A DNA stretch of 64,000 nt from Anthoceros angustus (lineage: Eukaryota > Plantae > Anthocerotophyta): contig MU008190.1 in the NCBI GenBank assembly GCA_010909165.1, positions 469,166 to 533,165 of the forward strand. The letters are read 5' to 3'. The position numbers and the translations under genes were made by a program. Every line of letters starts with the position of its first letter. Within the stretch, counting starts at the first letter, position 1. Positions 1-11,343 of the stretch are shown here, piece after piece. The notes under the pieces are model-generated. The model searched no databases. It saw only the letters and a program-made list of their open reading frames with translations, and was not told the DNA's origin.

Positions 1-373
1 AACCAAAGCCGGATGAACTACGGAAAGGCAACTTTGCCATAGGATTGCAAGGCGTTGGCGATGAGTGTGAGTGTAAGGAGGAAGCTCTAGTGGTCCAAGC
101 GTAACACACTCATAGGATGAGGGTATATGCGTTGATGGCGGGAAGACCAATTCGCTCAAAGGAGAATAGTGTGGATTTGGAAAGAATGTCAAGAGAAGCG
201 AGTTGAGGAGAGAAACCAACTCGAATGCCTGATCCTTGGACAAATGGAAGATGAAGCGTCTAGGTTGGAAAAGAAGAATGTCACTCGGTCATGAAGTCTT
301 GCTTGAGAAGGCAATGGAAATTCCGTGATGAGCTTGCGAGACCTGAGGGGTCAAAACACAGCCATTTAAACAA

Positions 374-930
374 ATGATGCAAGCATGGATCAGAAAAAAG
401 TCCGCAGATCTGGGAGTACCCGGACTTGCCAGTTTAAGAGGTGATCACCTGAAGCCAGGAGCGAGAGGCAAAGGTGGAATTGCGTTGGTGAAGAACCAAA
501 ATCGCGAAGTCACGGTCAATGGTTTTGCTCCGAATTGTGTATTGGTGGACACGGGTGCTGATCCAGTGTTACTAGGGGCTCGAGTTCAAGAGGCGCTCAA
601 ACTATATGGTGATAAGTTGAAACCAAGTGATGTGCGCATCACTACCTCTGCGGGCACCAAGGAACAAGTAATGGGAATGACCCGTGATCTTGTCAGAATC
701 GAATTCAAACCTGGCACACCAGATGCATGTGTGATTGAAGTTCGATGCTTAGTATCAGATGCCAAAAATTATGATGTGCTGCTTGGTGCTGATGCCACAC
801 ATGGACCAGCCATGGGGGTGGATCCATTACATGCGGTAGCGTTCTACCGAACGAGGTGGCAGGAGGGAGACTTCACACACGTTGCCAGAATTCCACTGGA
901 GATGACAAGGCGAGATGAAAAACCCAGGAG
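374..930 (+). pseudogene. gag C-terminus / retropepsin aspartic protease of gypsy 1
   Basis: ORF 374..1288 contains CVLVDTGADPVLLG (DTG active site) and YDVLLGAD. Confidence 0.9.
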
Positions 931-1899
931 CATGCTAGCGATAAGGGCATGTGTAGCTCAAAGCGTCGATCGCAAAGAGATGTGGCGAGAAACGCAGGAG
1001 ATGATGGCGGATGAAGTGCAAAACACAAAGAGGAGTTTGTGTGTGTTGGGTTGCGGTGACTCGCTTGCTGGCACTGCAGAAATTTGCTTACTACTTGCTA
1101 GCCGCTACCGCACCACGAGGACACATGGATTGGCTCATCCATGCACGACTTCAAGCAAAAGAGCCTCGGGAGCGGTACATAGCGACCATGTACTGATCCA
1201 TAGTCACCACCACGGTTGGCTATGGCGATCTCCATCCCGTGAACACGAGGAGATGGTGTTGACATCTTCTACATGCTCTTCAATCTGACTCACGGCCTGC
1301 ACTCGCAACATGACCAACCTCATCGTACATCACCGAATCAACTCGGCTATGTGAGTAGACCAAAACATACCTCTTGTGGTGCTGAAGTCGCCTGGGGTGA
1401 GCCTATGTGCATGCATAACATGATGTTCCACTTCTCCTCTTGCAGTGACTGCATGCAAGCGGTGTTCGATTCACCGAAACCCCCTGTCGCTGCAGAAGAG
1501 CAGGATGCTCTGCATTTGAAGTTCAAAGCGAGAGTCTGACAAACCACCTAGCTCCTCATGGCAATTCGCTCCAGATTGCCGAGATCCTGTTCATGCCTAT
1601 TGTGGCAGGCGTATTTGTTCAAGAATGTGTCGATGATTTGCTTCACCTCCAACCAATCTCCCGCCTTGCCCTTTCCGTCCCGAGGTTGTGTGCCAGGAGC
1701 AAATCATCTGAATGCCATCGCCATCTTGCAGGAAAGAAAAGTGAACATGTACGTGAAGTCAACTCCAGGACTTAAGCAGGCCCTGACAAGGGAGTATGAA
1801 CGACGTAAGGCACTGACAGGTTGGCAGATCTCTGATAGGTGTCCAGAGAGAAGCCTGCCCAAGGTGGCAGACTTAAGTCGTGAGGAATTGCGCATCGAC

Positions 1900-2006
1900 A
1901 ATGAGATAGTTTGTTGGCAGAGTGATGAACAAGGAGTTCACCTTCTAGAGCTTTGTTCAGAATCGATTAGAAGTGGTGCTACTGCAGGGATCAAGTTAAG
2001 AAGTAT
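1900..2006 (+). pseudogene. C5 cytosine methyltransferase N-terminal part (motif I), cut by a copia insertion
   Basis: IVCWQSDEQGVHLLELCS...GIKL aligns with VMTWRPREGGIVLVELFGGISTGLEAVLKCGIKV at 49607-49710. The domain resumes at 7976 after the AGTAT target duplication. Confidence 0.75.
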
Positions 2007-2161
2007 TGATCGGTTTGTGGCGATAAGTACAAGATAAACTTTCATCAAATAAAGAATGAATACAAAATGTGTTTGAGATGTGCCTTTTATACTTGACTTA
2101 ATAACGCTTCACTTAACCCTAACTAGCATTGCTTAACTATAGGTTTGCTTTGTATCCAACA
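2007..2161 (-). repeat. 3' LTR of copia A (155 bp)
   Basis: Near-identical to 7814-7970 and 11723-11882. On minus it starts TGTTGG after the tract ...TTTAGAGGAG. Confidence 0.95.
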
Positions 2162-2890
2162 CTCCTCTAAAGCACCTATTAGGTAAGTGATGTATGCATA
2201 ATAAGGTTCACATTGCTGATCACCCTTAGCGTTCCTTGTCACCGCGCTGCTCGGGCGAAACCCAACCCTCAGGCAGGGGCATTCGCTACCATAGTCTTGC
2301 TTGCGTGCATCATCTTCCTTGGCCTCCCACCACGATATTGCCCACCACCACGCCGCCGCCTCAGCGCCATGAGGACTCGCGTGGAAGAGACACCCAGCGT
2401 GAGGCCATGTGCGTGAGCGTGGCAAGGAGAAGGAGCCGCTACGGCGGGAAACAAGGGCTAGCGTTGCGGGACCGCGGAATGGGTCGCACCGAGGAACTTG
2501 TCGAGATTAAATAGCTTCCGGTGTGAGGACATACCGAGGGTGCCCGTACGTATAGGAGGCACATTGCCATTTTTCGAATCTCATCTGTCCTTGCGGCTAA
2601 GTTGAGCGCCAGCAGGATAATGGAGCTCGAGTCACGCGATACCGGGATCCCGTTGCCTCGATGAGCAAAGATGTGAAACCGCCTTGTAAAGAGCCCGACG
2701 GATGATTTAATCCTAAGGTTAGCTTCATCCATCCTCATCCCTGTGAGTGTGCAACTGCTATGTAAGTGACCTAACGTGTATCCTAGACTCCTCTCGATGA
2801 GCTTCTTGTTGCGATTCGTGTGCGGTGTGCTAGACACTCCCACCACACCTAGGGAACTTGTGGTTCCCGCCCCCTTCCCCCCGATAAGTC

Positions 2891-5800
2891 CTATGACCCA
2901 TCCTTGAAGTAGGCAGAGTAATCGGCTAACCCAAGACCCTCAAGATGCTGATAGTGCTTGTGTTTTGGCAAGCCCTTTGTGAGGATGTCTGCCACGTTGT
3001 CCTCTGTATGGACGTAGTCCACTTTAACCACACCTCTCTCGACCACATCCCTGACGTAGTGATGCTGAATTTCAATATGTTTAGTACGTGCATGAAATCT
3101 AGGATTTGCCACTAATGCCAGGGCTGACATATTGTCACAATGTAACTTTGTAGGTGCCATCTGTTCCTGGTCAAGGTCCTTGAGGAAGTGCGCTCCCACT
3201 GCCTTCCTTGGAAGCATCCGTAAGTGATTTGTACTCGCCTCGGGAGAGTGCTATGGATGTTTGCTTTTACAAGACCCGGTTGACAAGAGAGGAAGAAGCG
3301 AGGGTTGAGAGACTCTTCTGGAATCACTATCGGATGCCCAGTCAGCGTCCGTGAATCCTTCCAGGGTAAGCATTTTACAGCCACTGCTTTTGTAGAATAA
3401 GCCTGTCATATGTGTTCCTTTCAAATATCTGAACACACGCTTGACTGCAACCCAGTGGGCTTTTCCAGGTCGCTCCAGAAACTGTGAGACGGTGCTAACG
3501 GCATATTGGATATCTGGCCTGGTCCAGTTTGCAACAAATATGAGACTTCCCACAGCGTGCCTATAGGGAATAGCAGACATGTCTTTGATCTCTCCCTCTG
3601 ACTGCGGACACTGCTCACTGGTAAGCTTCATTCCTGTCGCATATGGAGTGGACGCAGCTGGATCCATTTTAAACTTACGCAGATTTCTCCTATGTACTTG
3701 TGTTGATGGATTATTCTGCACCTTCCGCCCGACCCTAAGATATCATATTCAGGAATCAGCTCCCCGATATCCTTCATGTCATATCGGGTCCTCGATATCC
3801 TTAACTTCGCTAACTTATATTCCACTTTGTTTTAGCCCATATATGCATTTGAGTTTTAGGACTTTGCCGATAACGCTTGTATCCTCAGTGCATCATATAA
3901 ATCTCTTCATCAAGTGCTCGTGAGGAAGGTACACGTCCATTTGTAGATCCAAGTCAAGCTCAGCCAAAGCAAGTATGATCCTAATGGATCGTGTTCGCAG
4001 TAGAAGGTCTCCGTAATCCAAGCCTTCAACCCTGAAGCCTCTTGCTACAAGTCTAGCTTTGTATCTAGCAATTTCCCCTTTGCATTTAATTTTAGCTTGA
4101 ACACCCACTTACAAGATATCGGCTTTCTCCTTGTGGCATCCGTGAGGACCCAAGTCTCGCTTTTAATAAGAGATTGATATTCCTCGATGGCCACCTTCCA
4201 CTTGAGACTGCCGGGGCATGAGATGGCCTCTTTGTAGGAGCGAGGCTCAAGAGCCGGTAAAATGTCGACCATAGCTCCAAAAGTCCTCCACCAATAGAGG
4301 CATATGGAGGCTCCTTCCATCCCTCGGAGGAGGTCTGCCTAGTGGAACGCGGTTCGTGTTCGGGTTCGCCACATGCTCAAGTTCGCGTTCGGAGGAGGCT
4401 GGGCGGTCGAGCAAGTCAATATCATCCTGCATGTTTGGGACAACATTGTCGAATTTTCACTATGGCTATCATCCTCGACGCGTCTTCCCCGATGCGAGAT
4501 CCTCGAGCGGGGAGCCATGGGTGGCACACAGTACGGGAGGCTCAAGATCATCTTGGGGATGACATCAGTGTCCCACCGGTTCAACTCCTTCCGAGCAGCG
4601 TCAAGAGGGGATGACGGAACAGGTTGGGACGGCTCGATAAAAGTAACACTACGGGCAAGGGTAACAGTCCGAGAGCGAGCATCATATAACTTATAAGCCT
4701 TGCTGTTTCACTGTACCCGAGAAAGAGGAAAGCCTGGGCCCTGTTGTCCAATTTCTTCCGCTTCTCGGCAGGGATATAAGCATAGGCCTTGGAACCGAAA
4801 ACGCGAAGATGAAGGAGACTAGGCTTACGCCTCCAGAAGACTTCAAAAGGAGTCTTGCCAGGGACAGAGCTGGTAAGCACTCTGTTGAGGATATAGGTGG
4901 CGGTGACGATGGCCTCCGCCAAGTCCCGAGGTAAGCTAGCCCACAAGAGCATCGCGAGTCATGGAGAGCAAAGTCTCGATTTTACGCCAACTCCGTTACA
5001 TTGGGTGTAGCACATCGGCTGGATTCCATGCTCCGGAGAAATGCGTCGGCGGTGTTCACTCGTACCATTATCCGAGTACCTTGAGGAGACAATGGATGCC
5101 TCACACCACGTAACCATTCCGAAATAGCCTAGAGTGTCACTCTTAAGATGCATAGGATAAGTCCACGAATATCTGTCAAGTCATCTCAGAATTGTTAGAT
5201 AATAGAGGGCACCACCCGGGCTGGTGAATTTTCCGAGAGATATCTGCATGGACTAACTCCAATGCACTGCTCTATGTGCATTCTTGAGCGGAGCTCCTGC
5301 TTGGCGAGAATACAAGACTCAGCAGGAAGATCCTTAAAGCGGGATGGCAAGGGTTCTCGGTGAAAGCTTGGACATGTCTATGAGCTTGTGCCGATTAGCA
5401 TGCCCTAACGCATGCCACAAAGATGCCACTGGGAATTCAAAAGAGGCTCCCAGAATAGGGCTGGGAGAACACACCAAGCACATGCATCATGCTCAGTACT
5501 CTTGAAGACAGATTGTTGGATGGCCACCTTGTAGAAGCAGCAGCCCTCACTCAACCCGCATCTCATATAGGCAGGCGCATGAGTTTGCTCAACGACAACA
5601 GTTCTTGGCCATATCACAAAAGTACACCATGGACCATGTCGAACCATCATCAAGGAGGAAAGTACAGTGCCATGACCCTCAAGCAGCTAGTATCACTCCG
5701 CTCATCCCCAAGCAACACCTTGTCTTTCATGTTACATAATGTTAAAGTTGAAAAAAGGTGCTTGTCATTGCGGATGTGTGTGTAGAGTCCGGTACCAACA

Positions 5801-6706
5801 TCCAAAGATCATGCAAAGAGTTGCGAGGCAAAGCGGTAAGAATCTTTACTATGCCTTTTGGGGCTTTCTCCTTTTCCTTGACACGTGTGCGGGCTTTGAG
5901 ACTTTTCGTGGGTCGCCGGCCTTCTTCTTCCCACTCACGAGCCCAATGGCCACACACCACACCGGTTGCAATTCCCGGTTAAGCAGCGGGGAGGCGAACA
6001 AGATGAATCTCGACCTCCACCTTCCAGTGCTTTGGGTCCGAAATTTTTTGAGGACTTTGTCACCTTTGGTTTTATGTCCTCTGAGTTAATACGCTGCTTC
6101 CGAAGCAGGCACCGATGATCTCCTCTACCGTGATGGAGGGAGGCACGCTCCGAGTCCGGATAGGGGCATTGAAGCTCTTGATAAAGGTTTGATATGAGGG
6201 TGGCGGGGAGGTTAACAACGTCTACCTCAACTTCATCGATGGTGGATCCAAAAGCCTTCATTTGGGCTCTGCCTAAATTTTGTGACATGAGGAACAACCC
6301 TCTCACCTTCACGCAAACGAAGTGAGTAGAATTCCATGCGCACATCATTGTAAGCATGCATGTTTTGGACATCATATGTGGCTACGAGTTGATCCCAAAT
6401 TCCCTTCCCAGTAGTGTGGTACTCCACATCAGGTACGAGGACTTCATCTAGACCATGGACTAGTACTGCCAACGCTATGGAATTTAACCGATTCCATTTT
6501 TCTATATCGGCTGCAGAAGGAGGCGGGGTGGCATTGGGATCAGGTTTTGCATATGTCCCATCTACCACTTCCCATACCCCTCTGCCAATCAAGGTGGTTT
6601 TCATGCGGACCTTCCAGACAGGAAACTTGGTCCCATTAAACCGATCCTTCTCCTTTAATTCTGAGGTATATGTGGGATTCGTGCTGAGTACCCATCCCAA
6701 GTGCAA
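2891..6706 (-). pseudogene. copia A gag-pol (frameshifted as assembled)
   Basis: gag KEKDRFNGTKFPVWKVRM; INT WRRKPSLLHLRVFGSKAYAYIP; RT KPISCKWVFKLK, YKARLVARGF and YRHAVGSLIFVANWTRPDI; RH FTDADWA and HARTKHIEIQHHYVRD. Confidence 0.92.
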
Positions 6707-7229
6707 GGTAAAGGAAGGATGCTTTCTTTCTAGAGACTAGAGCTCTTGATAAGAGTGAGAGCTAACACACACTCGTGATTATGATCGAGTTAGTTGATGG
6801 CCTTCAAACTCTTATGCTGCAGAATTTGTTATCAGCCTTACTCACTAACCTAGGCGATGCGAGGGGCACGGGGCGGTCTTGGTTTGGGTCCGAACATGAT
6901 GTGTGGGCTGCTCCGGCCCATACTGTCTCGCCTCCCGGCATCTGCAAGGTTAATCACGCAGTAGAATGCGAAATGGGGTTAGAAACCCTAACTAGTGAAA
7001 ACCAAACGTAGAATCTTGTTCCCTAATCGCGTGTGTCCTTCTCATGTGGCAAGGCACAGGTGTAAGCTGAGGCGGAAGGCTTGAAGAGTCGCAAAGAGGC
7101 GGTGCCGAGTGGCGGGCGAAATCCTTCACACCCTGTTGGCATAGCACTGCTTCGATTCTCCTTGGCGTTTCAACTTTCAGCGGAAGCTTCACAAGGCGAT
7201 TCTTGGCGCCTGGGGCCAAGGATGCACTC

Positions 7230-7771
7230 AAACGACACTTTGAAATTCAATTGGTTCATCATCTCCAAGGCGGCGATGTCAATCTTCAGTTGTTCAAATT
7301 GTTAATCCTCTGTAGAATCTTTGTCCTCGTGTCTTGAACATCGTGTTTCAAAGATTCTGCCGTGATAGCAACAGGTAAGTGTTCTCTCAACTCGTGGCCA
7401 CCGCCATGATTGAAGGGCAACCCTTGATCTTCACCTGCCTTGAGATTGATCTCTTGTCCTGTTATGCAGTTGGAGGCCAAGAATTGTCTCAACTCGATTT
7501 TGGGTCTTCAGAACAAATGGATTTTGGGCTCTCGATGGCCTAAACAAAGCGTCTGTATGCGGATTTGGATAGGGAAATTTAGGCTGTCTAGAGCGGTTTG
7601 GACCAGAATGTCTATTGGCAAGATCTCTAAGCCTGAGACGCGGGTAATCCCGCCGTCTGAGTCCAGAATGTGTCCACGGTAGGTAGGTAGGATTTTCTGG
7701 GCAAGAGCCCTCAAATCGCCACGCACTCTCCTGCGGTTGCCTCCCTTACGGCGATTACCCGATCTCGGCAT
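7230..7771 (-). CDS. extra 5' ORF (ORF0) of copia A, upstream of gag, function unknown
   Basis: ATG about 30 nt after the PBS: MPRSGNRRKGGNRRRVRGDL..., continuing across a frameshift into ...LKHDVQDTRTKILQRINNL (heptad-like). Confidence 0.5.
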
Positions 7772-7800
7772 TTTCTAGGATCTATGGTAGATCAAGCATG

Positions 7801-7813
7801 GCTCTCGATACCA
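7801..7813 (-). promoter_or_regulatory. primer binding site (tRNA-iMet type) of copia A
   Basis: Minus strand reads TGGTATCGAGAGC. The duplicate at 11711-11722 is the canonical TGGTATCAGAGC. Confidence 0.9.
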
Positions 7814-7970
7814 TGATCGGTTTGTGTCGATAAGCGTACAAGATAAACTTTCATCAAATAAAGAATGAATACAAAATGTGTTTGAGATGTGCCTTTTATA
7901 CTTGACTTAATAACGCTTCACTTAACCCTAACTAGCATTGCTTAACTATAGGTTTGCTTTGTATCCAACA
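7814..7970 (-). repeat. 5' LTR of copia A
   Basis: Matches 2007-2161 and is adjacent to the PBS and the TSD. Confidence 0.95.
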
Positions 7971-7975
7971 AGTAT

Positions 7976-8790
7976 ACCCGTGGAGTCAAATGAAAGGACA
8001 CGAATGGCGGATCTCGGATTCGTTGCAAAAAGCGGTATTGCTCAGCAAAATGCAATAAGAGGTTGCCAGAGCATTGCCCATGCATCATCTGGTAGGAAAA
8101 CGCCGACTTGAGGCCATCTGTCCATGATATGGTGTTCGCAGGATGGGAATGTAAAACGTTTTCCAAGGGCGTGACGTGGGCTGGTGATGGTATAAAGTTG
8201 GCGATGGAGGTTATCTCGATTTTAAGAGAAGTGCAACAAGCGAATCCCATGCTGGTATTTCGGAGAACGCTTTGTGGGGCATTTGACAAGCGGGAACATG
8301 TGAGGAAGGGATATGAACAACTCGAGTGGTTGGGCAATGAGTTTATCATTGATGCATCGCAAAATGGATCGTATGCTCATCGTATTGGAGTTTCGGACGA
8401 ATATATTCAGGTGGATATTACTTTCGAGACGCATTAGCTTAGCGGTACCAAAGAAACGATGGGTAGATGAGATATTGGAAGAAGGACCAAGTCGCAACAA
8501 GTTCGCAAAATGGATAGGTTGCCACATTATCCCGTCAATGTGGTGGGCGAACCAAGGCGAGCATGGCCCACGCTTGTTAGCACAGCTCAGTCGTATGCTT
8601 TTCGGCGAGGAGGAGACGGTATGGTTCTGGATTCGAAAGGTGATGAGATCGGGGAACCTCTGATTTCAGAACGAGAGCGAGCTATGGGTTTTGATGCAGG
8701 CAGTACTGCCACACATGGTGTTTCTGAGGCCTATCGTTGCAAGTTGATGGGACAGGCTGTTGATCTAAACTGTTTGCAGTGGTTGATCAA
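7976..8790 (+). pseudogene. C5 cytosine methyltransferase domain of gypsy 1 (motifs IV-X)
   Basis: DMVFAGWECKTFS (motif IV, Cys at 8150-8152); EN in GGAGAAC near 8262 (VI, frame inferred); DAS..GSYAHR (VIII); ERERAMGFDAGST...YRCKLMGQAVDLN (IX-X). Confidence 0.88.
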
Positions 8791-8983
8791 CATAGGGCTG
8801 GCAACGCAAATAGTCACATGTCGTTCAGAAGGCAAAGGGCATTTACAGGTGTCAGACAGAGAGATGGATCTACCATCTAACGCAGTCAAGGAAAGTTACG
8901 CTGCAGTAGATGAACAGGCAAGTTGTAAAGACGTCAGTGAGAAGGAATCAAAGGCTTAACACATTTGGCAGATATGTGGAGAC

Positions 8984-10292
8984 TTGGCTGGGAAGGATCA
9001 ACAGAGAATTATTGACATGTTAGAAAGGAATCGACATGCATTTGCATTCAGCTGGGAGGAGCTGGGAAGATATGATCGCATAAAATTCAGAATCGAGACC
9101 ACCACGACTGAGCCAAGATTCAAGGAGATACAAACTCAGCCTCGAATGGGACATTGTGGACAAACGATGCAAAGAGTTAGAGGCAGCTGGTTTGATCGAA
9201 AGTCGACTTCGGTATCATGCGACGTGTTGCCTCTTAAAAAGATGAGAACGGCGAATGGAAGGATAGGCGCATGTGTGGTGATTATCGAGCCCGAATGAAG
9301 TAACTCCCATGGAACAATACCCGATGCCTACTCCTGATGAGATCTTTGATGCCATTGGGGAAGCCACCTATTTTACCACGTTAGACTTCCGATCCGGCTT
9401 CAACCAGATTGTCATTGAGGAAGGCGACAAATGCAAAACAGCTTTTTGGGGCAAGGAACAGCTGTGGGAGTGGGAGACCATGCCGTTTGGACTCAAGAAT
9501 GCGTCCATCTACTTTCAGAGGGTAGCTGACTTAGAGTTGCAGGGGCTAACCTTCGTGAAATGCTACATCGATGATATTCTAGTATCGATGGTATTCAGCA
9601 ACAGCTTGGAGGAGCATCTGGAACATCTAGAGATTTTGCTGCAAAGATTATCAAGCTCGTGAAGGCCCACCGTTGAAATGCAAGTTTGCGTGACAAAGAA
9701 ATTGAATACTTGGGACACAAGATTGTGCTAGGAGGAGTACAGCCCCAATTGGCCAAGATACAAGTCAATCTCATGCCAAGGCCAAAGGACGTGCCGCCTT
9801 AAGAGCTTTTCTAGGACTCGTTAATTATTATCAAGATTTATCAGAACATGAGCAGCACGTGTGTGGTGTATACGAACTTTGAAGAAGGGCATTCAATGGC
9901 ATTGGGAACAGGAGCATGAGCAGGCATGGAATGATTTGAAGGAGCAATTAGCAGAAAGACCAGTGCTCAGAAGGCCCAACTTTGAGAAGCCATTCATATT
10001 GTATACGAACTGGAGTGCCGTGGGCATAGGTGCTGTGCTTGCTCAAACAGATCAAAGCGGTGAGGAACGAGTCGTGGCATACGTAAGTAGATCCAACAAT
10101 TCAGCTGAGGCAAACTATTCCTCCTATGAAGGGGAATGTTTGGCTGCAGTATGGGCCGTCTTGCATTTCCGTGTGTATTTGTTTGGTCGTAGTTTTCAGC
10201 TGGTGACTGACCATCAGCCGTTGCACTGGTTAATGACAAACATGAAGTTGAGTGGAAAGCTTGCTAGGTGGGCGCTATTGCTTCGAGTATGA
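8984..10292 (+). pseudogene. gypsy 1 reverse transcriptase and RNase H
   Basis: YPMPTPDEIFD, LDFRSGFNQI, KTAFWG, MPFGLKNA, CYIDDIL; PFILYTNWS, YSSYEGECLAAVWAV, LVTDHQPL. Confidence 0.95.
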
Positions 10293-10559
10293 TATGCGAT
10301 AGTACATGTGGCGTGGGCAAGGTGCATCATAATGCTGATGGATTCGAGAACTGGCGTGAGTGAGGACGATGCCACTGGGGCACAACAGGACTTTGGAATA
10401 GTGAAAAATATGCCCAATGTATTCATGGCACTTATGGCCACAACGCAAGAAACCGGAGGGTGGCTTGGTGACGTCGCTCGAGATATTTGGAAACATGAGC
10501 GAGCTATACGCTTGTTGCATCGGAACGGTGGATGGTTTGAACGACATCGCGATAAAAAA

Positions 10560-11343
10560 TTGCAAGATAGAGTAGCGAGATACACTTGAAAGATGGCAAG
10601 ATGTTCATTGATGATCACGGTGTGATAAAAGAGGTGCCACCGTCAATGAACGAGAGAGAATAGTGACTAAGGTACATAAAACCCTTGGGCACTTCGGGAT
10701 GAAGAGAACACGCCATATGCTAAGACATAGTTATTTCGTCGCATGAGTTCGATGTTGAGAGAGTAGTTGGCCAAGTGTGCTTGTGATGATGCGGTTAAAG
10801 CAAGATTCAATAGCTGACGCAGCCGCACTCGCTACCCATCAAAGGTCTTTTCTTCGATGGTCGGGACTTGATGCCGAGTTGCCAAAGGACAAAGCAAGGA
10901 AACAAGCATTGCATGTTGATGATCGAGCATTTCTCAAAATGGGTAGAAGTGGCCTTCTTACCAGCCGGGACATCGAGTATACCAGAGCATTCTTGCAATG
11001 TGTGTATTGATGGAAGCATGCAGTCAAGTCCGGATCAAGGGAATGAATTTCGAGGGGAATTTCGTGCCCCGCTGATAGAAGTTTGATCGATCACCGACTG
11101 GATAATTTGGCTATTGCCCAAAGACCGAGATCACTTAGGTATGCCTTTACACGCGGAGGTTCTTGGAAACCCAAAGCAAGAAAGTTTGAAGTAGGGGACT
11201 TTGTATACCTCCAAAGACAGACCTTCGTGTGAACGATGTGAGCATGTGAAGGTTGATTTTGAGAGTGGTAACTATAGGGGAGCAAGGAGTGGTTGAACTG
11301 AAGGACAAGATGGACGCTGCTGTAAGGAACACATGCGCCACCT
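10560..11343 (+). pseudogene. gypsy 1 integrase (internally deleted), first copy
   Basis: VHKTLGHFG zinc-binding region, IEHFSKWVE, DQGNEFRGEF, then a jump to the C-terminal KFEVGDFVYL. Confidence 0.88.

Larger units (their letters stand above)
2007..7970 (-). mobile_element. Ty1/copia element A, full length, 5-bp TSD AGTAT
   Basis: LTRs at 2007-2161 and 7814-7970 (TG..CA). AGTAT at 2002-2006 and 7971-7975. PBS 7801-7813, PPT 2162-2175. gag-INT-RT-RH order on the minus strand. Confidence 0.95.

Noticed and set aside
2113-2123. Telomere-like AACCCTAA motifs (also near 42763 and 52079)
   Set aside because: Single units only, mostly within LTRs, with no tandem array.
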